Shown here: positions 48,927 through 56,497 of the stretch, piece after piece
How the letters are laid out: each line of letters begins with the position of its first letter
How positions within the stretch are numbered: position 1 is the stretch's first letter
Source: Planctomycetota bacterium
Lineage (GTDB): Bacteria; Planctomycetota; B15-G4
DNA: 64,000 bases
Reading direction: 5' to 3'
Assembly (NCBI GenBank): GCA_038212275.1
Contig: JBBQUR010000020.1
Location: forward strand, 11,970-75,969
Program-made: the position numbers and the translations under genes
The notes under the pieces: generated by a model
What the model was told of the DNA's origin: nothing
The model's input: the letters and a program-made list of their open reading frames with translations, nothing else
Database searches by the model: none

Positions 48927-50525
48927 TCAGCGCGCGGCGCGACGCGTCCCCAGCTCGAGCAGGCCCGGCACGAACAGGTCCATGAGCAGCACGCGCACGG
49001 GCTTGTAGAAATGGCAGTTGTCCATCAGCAGCTCGTAGGTCATCAGGCCGCCGGGACACGACGCGCGCACGAGGTTCTCGGCGTCCACGAACATCGCGTC
49101 CGGGTGCTGCTCGGCGAGATCGCGCACGATCCCGTTGGTGACGTCGTTGCCGCGCGTGGGTGCATGGTCGTAGCGCGCCGCGTCCCGCAGCAACTGGCAC
49201 GCGCGCGCATCGTCGCCGCCCAGCAGCCAGGTGCACAGGCCCAGGTCGAAGAGCGTCACCGCGTCCGCTGGCGAGATCGCGAGCGCTTTTTCGAACGTCG
49301 CCATGGCGGCCGTCACGTCGGCGCGCTCTGACTCCGACAGCGTGCGCGCCAGCACCGCGGCGACGGTGGGCAGCAGCTCGCGCACCTCGCCGTCCCAGAG
49401 CGCGGGTTCGGGCCAGTACGGGCCCTGCGCGAAGGGCGCAGGCAGCGCGCGCAGCTCCGGAGGCACGAAGCCCGTGTCTGGCAGCGAGCGGCGGCGCTCG
49501 CGTTCCTCGGCAGTGACCGTATCGCCCCAGTCGCGCGGGTCGACGCGGAGGGGCGTGCTGGTCTTGCCCACCTGCGCGAGGCCCGATCGCAGGCGCAGCG
49601 GGATGCTGTTCACGCCCTCGGCCTGCAGTTTGCGCAGGCGCGCGACCGTCGCCGCCGAAAGCTCCGGCGGATCGGTCACCACCATCGGCGGGACGAGCAT
49701 GTTGCCGACGACCGTGGACATCATCACCTGCGCCCCGTGCCGCTGGGCCGTGGAGATCATGCGCTCCAGGTTGTGACGGTATTCCTCGTAGAACTGCAGC
49801 GTCTTGTCGTAGCTGAGTCCGCGGAAGTCGGCGCCGCGCTCCACGCGGCGTTCGGGCGGCGGACCGGTGGTCGCCGCCGCGTCGGGCCGGTGTTCCAGCG
49901 CCGACACGAGGACATTGAGCGTGCGCAGCCGCGAGAGCCTGTCCACGAGGCGCACGATCCATGGCTGCTGCCACTCCGCGACCAGCTCCATCGCGAAGCC
50001 GCGCTCCACGAATTCGTTGTGCCCCGAGTAGAGGAACACGATGTCGGGCTGCAGCACCATGGCCTGATCGAGCAGGATGGCCACGCGTTCGCTGCCATAA
50101 CCCTGCCGTCCCAGGTTGATGACCTCGAAGCCCGGGTCGGGCGCGCGGCTGCACAGCGCAGCCTGCAGGTCGTCGGCGGGAAAGCCCTGCGTGTTCGAGC
50201 CGCCGAAGAGCAGCACGCGCAGCCGGCCGTCCTTGGGCGGGATGTGAACCTCGGGCACCACGCCCTCGTACATCTGCGTGACCCAGCCACCCGGCACGGC
50301 GGGGTCCGCGACGAGATAGCGCGCGCGCTCGTCGAAGCCGCGGGTGAGCGAGAGGCGCTCGCGCGGATCGCCGAGCCCCAGCGCCCGGAGGAGCAACTCG
50401 GACAGCAGCAGCAGCAGCGCCAGCGGGATCAACCCGAACAGCACGCCCTTCAGCGCACGGCTGCCGCGGCCGGCGCCCGCCTCGCGATCGCCCGACCGCG
50501 GGCTTCCTGTCGAGGTGTCACCCAT
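48927..50525 (-). CDS. Membrane-anchored SGNH/GDSL-like hydrolase family protein, a paralog of 8043..9677
   Basis: LFGLIPLALLLLLSELLLRALGLGDP (TM), LRVLLFGGSNTQGFP, GHNEFVERGFAMEL and DNCHFYKPV align block-by-block with the 8043..9677 product. Start at MGDTSTGSPRS (M143 of the ORF track), which gives a length similar to the paralog. Confidence 0.55.
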   Translation of the reverse strand: MGDTSTGSPRSGDREAGAGRGSRALKGVLFGLIPLALLLLLSELLLRALGLGDPRERLSLTRGFDERARYLVADPAVPGGWVTQMYEGVVPEVHIPPKDGRLRVLLFGGSNTQGFPADDLQAALCSRAPDPGFEVINLGRQGYGSERVAILLDQAMVLQPDIVFLYSGHNEFVERGFAMELVAEWQQPWIVRLVDRLSRLRTLNVLVSALEHRPDAAATTGPPPERRVERGADFRGLSYDKTLQFYEEYRHNLERMISTAQRHGAQVMMSTVVGNMLVPPMVVTDPPELSAATVARLRKLQAEGVNSIPLRLRSGLAQVGKTSTPLRVDPRDWGDTVTAEERERRRSLPDTGFVPPELRALPAPFAQGPYWPEPALWDGEVRELLPTVAAVLARTLSESERADVTAAMATFEKALAISPADAVTLFDLGLCTWLLGGDDARACQLLRDAARYDHAPTRGNDVTNGIVRDLAEQHPDAMFVDAENLVRASCPGGLMTYELLMDNCHFYKPVRVLLMDLFVPGLLELGTRRAAR

Positions 50526-50715
50526 CGCCGCAGGATGAAGGCGGCAGCGCGCTCTGGCAAGTCCGGCCTCTGCGGAGGAGTTCGTGCCTTCCTCCGCGCG
50601 GGTGGGAGAACTTCCGGGCAGCCCCCCGGAAAGCATGACGCGACGTTCACGGCCCCGCGGCAGGGCGACTTCTATCCTCCGGGCGTCCTCCAAGACTCCT
50701 CTCCGGATCAATCCC

Positions 50716-51735
50716 ATGAACACGATGGTCATGTCCCTGGACACGTTCAACCGAGGCCGCTTGCGCACCGCCGCGTGCGCGTTGCTGCTGCTCGCCGCCT
50801 TCGGGCCGCGCGTCCACGCCCAGGTGGTCTTCGCCAAGGCGCCGAGCCCGGCCGGCGGCGTGAATGCCTCCTCGTGGGTGCCTCCGGACGGCAGCGACTC
50901 CGACATGTACTCGTGGGACGACTTCACGCTGGCCACGACGCAGACCATCACGGAGGTGCGCTGGCGCGGCGGCTACGCGCTCGGCGCGACCTACGGCAAG
51001 GCCACGGACTTCCGCGTGTCCTTCTTCGCGTCCAACGTGACCGGCTTCGAGCCGAAGATCGTCGCCATCCCCGAGAACGAATCCCAGGAGCAGGCGCTGA
51101 TCAACGTCCACACGAACAACAATGCGGGCGAGAGCTTCGCGGGCGTCTTCGGCGGCGTGGCGATGTACGACTACCACTTCACGCTGCCCGTCCCGTTCGT
51201 CGCGCAGGCCGGCGTGAAGTACTGGTTCCGCGTCGTGTGCGGGCAGCCCGTCTACCCGGACTGGGGCATGGCCACGAGCGATCCCGCGGGCAGCCACTTC
51301 CGCTACAGCACCGGCAGCACCATGTTCCACAACTACTCGCACGACCTGGCGTTCTCGCTGCATGCGCGCTGGGCCGACCTCGGGGGCGCCATCGCCGGCA
51401 CGTCCGGCGTGCCGGCACTTGGCGGCGCCGGAAGCCTGACGAGCGGCTCGGCCGACACGCTCACGTTGACCTCGGCGAGGCCCTCGTCCGCCGTGACGCT
51501 GCTCTTCGGCGTGTCGAAACTCGGCGCGCCCTTCAAGGGCGGCACGCTGGTGCCTGATCCGTTCCTGCTGCTCGCCTTGACCAGCGACGCGCAAGGCCAC
51601 GTGTCGCTGCCCTTCACGCTGCCGGCGGGCCTGCCCCCCGGAACGTCGCTCTACTTCCAGGCCTGGCTGCCCGACCCGGCCGCGGTGAAGGGGCTTGCCG
51701 CGAGCAATGGCCTCGCCGGCACGACGCCCGGATGA
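50716..51735 (+). CDS. Secreted hypothetical protein (339 aa) with the shared C-terminal domain
   Basis: Signal peptide MNTMVMSLDTFNRGRLRTAACALLLLAAFGPRVHAQ and an N-terminal domain of unknown function. C-terminal ...APFKGGTLVPDPFLLLALTSDAQGHVSLPFTLPAGLPPGTSLYFQAWLPDPAAVKGLAASNGLAGTTPG. Confidence 0.55.
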   Translation: MNTMVMSLDTFNRGRLRTAACALLLLAAFGPRVHAQVVFAKAPSPAGGVNASSWVPPDGSDSDMYSWDDFTLATTQTITEVRWRGGYALGATYGKATDFRVSFFASNVTGFEPKIVAIPENESQEQALINVHTNNNAGESFAGVFGGVAMYDYHFTLPVPFVAQAGVKYWFRVVCGQPVYPDWGMATSDPAGSHFRYSTGSTMFHNYSHDLAFSLHARWADLGGAIAGTSGVPALGGAGSLTSGSADTLTLTSARPSSAVTLLFGVSKLGAPFKGGTLVPDPFLLLALTSDAQGHVSLPFTLPAGLPPGTSLYFQAWLPDPAAVKGLAASNGLAGTTPG

Positions 51736-51738
51736 CAG

Positions 51739-51812
51739 CCGTCGCGGCCATCCGTCGCGGCCATCCGTCGCGGCCATCCGTCGCGGTCACCGTCGCGGCC
51801 ATCCGTCGCGGT
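51739..51812. repeat. 13-nt tandem repeat (CCGTCGCGGCCAT x about 5.5) in the convergent intergenic region
   Basis: Seen in the sequence immediately after the stop of 50716..51735. The unit length is not a multiple of 3. Confidence 0.7.
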
Positions 51813-51867
51813 AGCTGACTTCGACGGACCCGGTGCGGCAGCCTCGCGCTCCGCGCCGGGTCTGCTG

Positions 51868-52521
51868 CTACCTGGCGAGGCGCGGCGCGCGCAGGCCCGT
51901 GACGATGTCCGCCTCGAGCGGCGCGTAGTGCTCGATGAGGTCGGCGGCGTGCACGCGCAGCTGCCAGTCGTCGTCGAAGGCGACGGGCGGCTGCATCGCC
52001 GCGGCCACCGCGGCTGCCGACGGCGGCGCGATACCCGCACGACGCGCGGCGGCCAGCTCGCGCGCAATGATCGCGGCATCCACCTGCTCGGGCAGTTCCG
52101 CGCTGCCGAAGAAGATCGGCGACGCGGCGAGGTCGAGCGACACGCCACCCTTTGCATCGAGGTCCGCGGGCACGAGGACCACGAGCATGCCCGACGTGTC
52201 GCCCACGTTGACGCGCTCGGCCGTCTGCGCGCCGACGTAGAGCACGGGCTCGGCCGTCTGCCGCGAGGCGAGCACGTCCACCGGCGCGCGCAGCACGAGC
52301 AGCATCCCAGCGCGGTAGGACGGCTGCTCCTTGCGCCACGCGTGCGTCGTGGGCGTCGCCAGCACGAACGGACGTGCGAAGACCAGCTCGACCCCGCCCG
52401 CGGGGAGCACCGCGGGCAGCGCGGGCGGGCTGTCATCGACGTGGCCGATGAAGAGGGCGAGGCCGCCGCCGGCGAGCAGCAGCACGAGCGCGATCGGAAG
52501 CACGATGCGTGGAGTGCTCAT
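51868..52521 (-). CDS. Hypothetical membrane-anchored protein (217 aa), downstream of the hydrolase gene and overlapping it
   Basis: N-terminal TM (MSTPRIVLPIALVLLLAGGGLALFIG). ATGA overlap with the upstream hydrolase stop suggests co-transcription. Confidence 0.4.
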   Translation of the reverse strand: MSTPRIVLPIALVLLLAGGGLALFIGHVDDSPPALPAVLPAGGVELVFARPFVLATPTTHAWRKEQPSYRAGMLLVLRAPVDVLASRQTAEPVLYVGAQTAERVNVGDTSGMLVVLVPADLDAKGGVSLDLAASPIFFGSAELPEQVDAAIIARELAAARRAGIAPPSAAAVAAAMQPPVAFDDDWQLRVHAADLIEHYAPLEADIVTGLRAPRLAR

Positions 52522-52524
52522 GAT

Positions 52525-54939
52525 TCAGTCCTTCACCAGTTCGATGTCGTCGATGCCGAGTCGCCCGGCCGGCGAGCCGAAGCCCGGGCCGAAACGGAAA
52601 GTGACGCGCGCGAGCCGCGCGAGGTCCAGCGCGCTGCCATCCTGCGCGCCCACCCGGCGGAAGTCGGCGAGCGCGAGGCGGATGGTCTCGAAGTCATTGC
52701 CCCAGCCGGCGCCGACGCCGCAGCCCGTGCGCTGGTAGGGCTCCTCGATGCCGCCGCCGTACGCGCCGATGTTCATCGAGCTGGAGTGCCCGTCGAGGTC
52801 GGACAGCTCGACCGTGAAGGTGGCGTCGCCCAGCTCGGCGATGGTGAAGGGGTGGCGTGTCACCTGCGCGGCGCGGAACGAAAGGTAGCGGAAGCCGCGC
52901 ACATCCTGGGACCACGGCGCGACGTCGAAGGAAAGCGAGCGCGGGCCGCTGCCGTCGTACTCGAGCACCAGCCCGCGGGTCGTGTCGGCGGCGCTGCCGT
53001 TGGTGAAGCCGTTGAGCATCGCGCCGTCCCAGGTGAAGTTGGCGTTCGGGTCGTCGAGACGCCCCTCGGTCACGATCTGCACGTCGCCGCTGATGCCGGC
53101 GCCCGAGCTGGACGTGCCGTTGTCCTCGTGCGTCTGGAAGTCGTCGATGACGAACTTGCCGGACGCCGCCGATCCGCGGTACTGCATGTCCACCGTGACG
53201 CACGGATTGAGATCCGGTGCGCCGATCGGCCGGAAGTCTTCCCATTGCCGGCACAGGAAGTCCTGCGCGGGCACGTTGCCCTCGATCTCGTGCTTCACCA
53301 GCGCCAGCAGGTAGCCGCGCATGATCGTGTGCGTGTCCGCCTTGCCGACGAGGCACGGGCCGCTGGCGACCGAACCCGTGCTGTTGTGGAAGTCGCCGTG
53401 TCCCACGCCGTGGAGCGAGATGGACAGCCGCCGGTCCTGTGCGCGATCGAGCAGATGGAAGGACTGCGCCACGTTGTTGTTCGCGCAGCCGGTCACGTCA
53501 CCGTCCGCCCCGCCGACCCAGAGGTGGTAGTCCACGTCGTGCGGATCGGCCTGCGTCGGTCCGAGAAAGTCCGTGGGCGCCATGCTCGAGATGAGCTTGA
53601 TGTCGCCGGCCGTGAAATTCACCGGCACGTAGTCGCCCTCGACGACGCGGTCGTAGGCGCGCACCACGCCCTCGCCGCCGCGGCTGTGCCCCATCCACGT
53701 GATGCGGTGGGAATCCACGTGCCCCAGCAGCTTGCCGCCCTCGATCGTGGCCAGGTTGGAGAGCAGGTAATCCGTGTTGGTGAGCGTGGTGGTCGAGGCC
53801 GCCTCGATGCCCGGCCCCGTGTTGTTCTGATGGCTCATGACGATGTAGCCGTAGGAAGCAAGGTGCAGGCCGATGTGGTCATACCACTGGTAGTTGTGGC
53901 CATTGCCGTGGCTGACGACGACGAGCGGGAGCGCGCCCATGTTCGCGATGTCGGTCGGATAGAAGAGGTTCTGCCCGAGGAAGGAGCCGCCCGAATAGAG
54001 CGCCTCGGTCACCGCGAGCGGCCCGGGCAGCGTGATGTCGTGCACGACGTAGAGGCCGGCCTCATCGGAGAAGCCGTCGATCAGGTCGTCATTGTCGAAG
54101 CGGCCGTCGCGGTCCAGGTCGACCACGACGTCGTAGCCGACGCCCAGCCCGATGCCTGCGTCCGCCGGGAGCGTGCCGGTGTCCAGCGTGAAGAGGTTGT
54201 CGGTGATGGGCCCGCCCGGAAAGGTGAAGGTCCGGGCGCCGCCGCCGACATCGATGAGCGAGTCGTCCGCGAGCCACTCGGCGCGCGTGCGCTTGGCGGT
54301 GATGTACACGTCGCCGGTGACGCCCGCCGTCCACGGGTAGCGCACCGGATCCACGGCCAGCAGGATGGGCCTGCCCGCGTTGAAGGCGCGCACGAACTCC
54401 ACGTGAGGAAAGCCGGGCAGCGCGTTGCCGGCAAGCTGCACGTTGCGGTCGTCCACGTGCAGCGCCACGCCGTTGCTCACCTGCAGCGGGCCACCGGAAA
54501 GCACCACCGCCGCCATGTAGGCGTCGACGCCGATGAGCCCGTCGTTGAACGGAATGGCCGACGCGAGCTCCAGCGTGCCGCCGGCTGGCATGGCTCCGAA
54601 GTCGAGCACAGCCAGGTTCGGGCTGAGCCCCACGGGCAGCATCTGTCCATTGATCGTCGTCGGTCCGGGCGACGAATCCACGAGCACGAAGACCTGCGCG
54701 CCCGGCGGACCCTCGATGGTCATCGTGATGGGCTGGCCGAGCAGGCGGATGACATCCACCTGGCCGTTGATGGTCAGGTCGGCGGCGCGGGCCTGGGTCA
54801 CGACGGACAGCAGCAGCGCCAGTGCGGCGACCGGCGCGGCCAGACGCGCGGCCAGACGGGCGGCCAGACGGGCGGCGAGGAGCGCGGCCGGGAGCGCGGC
54901 CAGACGCGCGACAAGGGACATGGAAAGGGCGGACTTCAT
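52525..54939 (-). CDS. Secreted alpha/beta-hydrolase-fold protein (esterase/lipase-like) with additional beta-rich domains (804 aa)
   Basis: Signal peptide with an (ARLA)n repeat. Nucleophile elbow GHSRGG in a plausible alpha/beta core (LVVVSHGNGHNYQWYDHIG...WMGHSRGGEGV). Calx/FG-GAP-like acidic loops. Confidence 0.55.
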   Translation of the reverse strand: MKSALSMSLVARLAALPAALLAARLAARLAARLAAPVAALALLLSVVTQARAADLTINGQVDVIRLLGQPITMTIEGPPGAQVFVLVDSSPGPTTINGQMLPVGLSPNLAVLDFGAMPAGGTLELASAIPFNDGLIGVDAYMAAVVLSGGPLQVSNGVALHVDDRNVQLAGNALPGFPHVEFVRAFNAGRPILLAVDPVRYPWTAGVTGDVYITAKRTRAEWLADDSLIDVGGGARTFTFPGGPITDNLFTLDTGTLPADAGIGLGVGYDVVVDLDRDGRFDNDDLIDGFSDEAGLYVVHDITLPGPLAVTEALYSGGSFLGQNLFYPTDIANMGALPLVVVSHGNGHNYQWYDHIGLHLASYGYIVMSHQNNTGPGIEAASTTTLTNTDYLLSNLATIEGGKLLGHVDSHRITWMGHSRGGEGVVRAYDRVVEGDYVPVNFTAGDIKLISSMAPTDFLGPTQADPHDVDYHLWVGGADGDVTGCANNNVAQSFHLLDRAQDRRLSISLHGVGHGDFHNSTGSVASGPCLVGKADTHTIMRGYLLALVKHEIEGNVPAQDFLCRQWEDFRPIGAPDLNPCVTVDMQYRGSAASGKFVIDDFQTHEDNGTSSSGAGISGDVQIVTEGRLDDPNANFTWDGAMLNGFTNGSAADTTRGLVLEYDGSGPRSLSFDVAPWSQDVRGFRYLSFRAAQVTRHPFTIAELGDATFTVELSDLDGHSSSMNIGAYGGGIEEPYQRTGCGVGAGWGNDFETIRLALADFRRVGAQDGSALDLARLARVTFRFGPGFGSPAGRLGIDDIELVKD
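54838..54915. repeat. 12-nt tandem repeat (GCCAGACGGGCG-like, about 5 copies) inside the hydrolase signal-peptide coding region, encoding ARLAARLAARLAA
   Basis: Seen in the sequence. Confidence 0.6.
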
Positions 54940-55067
54940 GCGGCCGGGGTCCAGCGGGGGAGCGGGCTTCGGGGGACCGGGAGTCGGGACAGACTACACG
55001 CGACTCGGCGGGCCGTCATCCGCTCGTCCGCTGGAATGCGGCCTTCCTCGCCCCGCGCGCCCCGCGC

Positions 55068-56393
55068 TCACGCCGGAGACGCTGCGGGCTCCGGCTCCGG
55101 CGGCGTGTGCGGCTCGCCGCGACTCACCACCACCGCCGCCGCGAGGTCGCCGCTCACGTTGAGCGTGGTGCGGCACATGTCCAGGAAGCGGTCCACGCCG
55201 AGGATGAGTCCGATGCCCTCGGTCGGCACATTCACCATGCCCAGAATCATCGCGATGACCGGGATGGAACCCGCCGGCACGCCCGCCGTCCCGATGCCTC
55301 CCAGGATGCACACGAGGCACACCAGCACCTGCTGCCCGAACTCCAGGTGCACGCCGTAGAACTGCGCCAGAAACAGCACCGTGACGCCTTCGAAGAGCGC
55401 CGTGCCGTTCTGGTTGGCGGTGGAGCCGATCGTCAGCACGAAGCGGCTGATCTGAGGCGGAAGCCTCAGCTTCTCCTCGGCCACGCGGATGGCGGTGGGC
55501 AGCGTGGCATTGCTGCTCGCCGTCGAGAAGGCCGTGATCATGGCCTCGGAGATGCCGCGGAAGAAGAACACCGGGCTCATGCCGCCGACGTACTTCACCG
55601 CCAGCGAAAACACCACGAACTGGTGGAGCGCCAGCGCGAGCACCACCACGCCGACGTAGCGCCCGAGCTGCACGAGGATCTCCACGCCCAGCTCGGCCGT
55701 CAGCGTGAAGAGCAGCGCGGCCACGCCCCAGGGCGCGATGCGGATCACCAGCCCGATGAGGTTCATCGTGACGTCGTAGAGGCCCTGCGTCATCTCCTCG
55801 AAACGGCGCGCGGCCTCGGTGCGCGTGAGGCGCAGGCCGATGCCGAACAACAGCGAGAAGAACATGAAACCCAGCATGTCGCCGCTGGCCGCCGCATCGA
55901 GCGGATTGCGCGGCACGATGTTCACCAGCAGCTCGATGCCCGTCTTCGGCGCGACGCCTCCCGAGACGGCCGACGCGCGCGTCCCGGCGCCGGCCAGCAT
56001 GCGTGCGCGCACCTCCTCGCTCATGCCGCCGCCGGGCTGCAGCAGGTTGACGAGCCCGACGCCGATCAGCACGGCGATGCTCGACACCACGACCGTGTAC
56101 AGGAGCGTCTTGAGGCCCACCCTGCCGAGGCTCTTCAGATCGCCAAGACCGGCCACGCCGAGCACCAGCGCCGAAAAGATGAGCGGCACCACGAGCATGA
56201 GCAGCAGGCGCAGATAGACCTGCCCGATGGCGCGCGTGACGGGCAGGATGTCGTCCAGCGGCGAGGCGGGCGTGCCGCCCCACAGCGAATGCGCCGCGAT
56301 GCCCGCGACGATCCCGGCCAGCACGCCGAGCAACATTCTGGTGTGCAGCTTCACCGGCGCACTATCACCGGGCCGTCGCGGGTGATCAATCAT
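55068..56393 (-). CDS. Dicarboxylate/amino acid:cation symporter (DAACS family, GltP/DctA-like)
   Basis: 441 aa. Collinear with GltP (LLGVLAGIVAG..., SSIAVLIGVGLVNLLQPG, FSTASSNATLPTAIRVAEEKL, GTALFEGVTVLFLAQFYGV, AGVPAGSIPVIAMILGMVNVP, DRFLDMCRTTLNVSGD). Confidence 0.8.
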   Translation of the reverse strand: MIDHPRRPGDSAPVKLHTRMLLGVLAGIVAGIAAHSLWGGTPASPLDDILPVTRAIGQVYLRLLLMLVVPLIFSALVLGVAGLGDLKSLGRVGLKTLLYTVVVSSIAVLIGVGLVNLLQPGGGMSEEVRARMLAGAGTRASAVSGGVAPKTGIELLVNIVPRNPLDAAASGDMLGFMFFSLLFGIGLRLTRTEAARRFEEMTQGLYDVTMNLIGLVIRIAPWGVAALLFTLTAELGVEILVQLGRYVGVVVLALALHQFVVFSLAVKYVGGMSPVFFFRGISEAMITAFSTASSNATLPTAIRVAEEKLRLPPQISRFVLTIGSTANQNGTALFEGVTVLFLAQFYGVHLEFGQQVLVCLVCILGGIGTAGVPAGSIPVIAMILGMVNVPTEGIGLILGVDRFLDMCRTTLNVSGDLAAAVVVSRGEPHTPPEPEPAASPA

Positions 56394-56480
56394 GCCGGGC
56401 CGCGTGCGCAGGTCGGGCCGCGTGCGCAGGCCGGGCCGCGTGCGCAGGCGCCGGGCCGCGTGTGCGGGATGCGGGCCGCG
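56394..56480. repeat. About 18-nt tandem repeat ((C/T)CGGGCCGCGTGCGCAGG x4-5) directly abutting the start codon of the DAACS symporter gene
   Basis: Seen in the sequence. The array runs from -1 to about -90 relative to the ATG. Confidence 0.7.
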
Positions 56481-56497
56481 CGCGCACGGCTCTGCGG

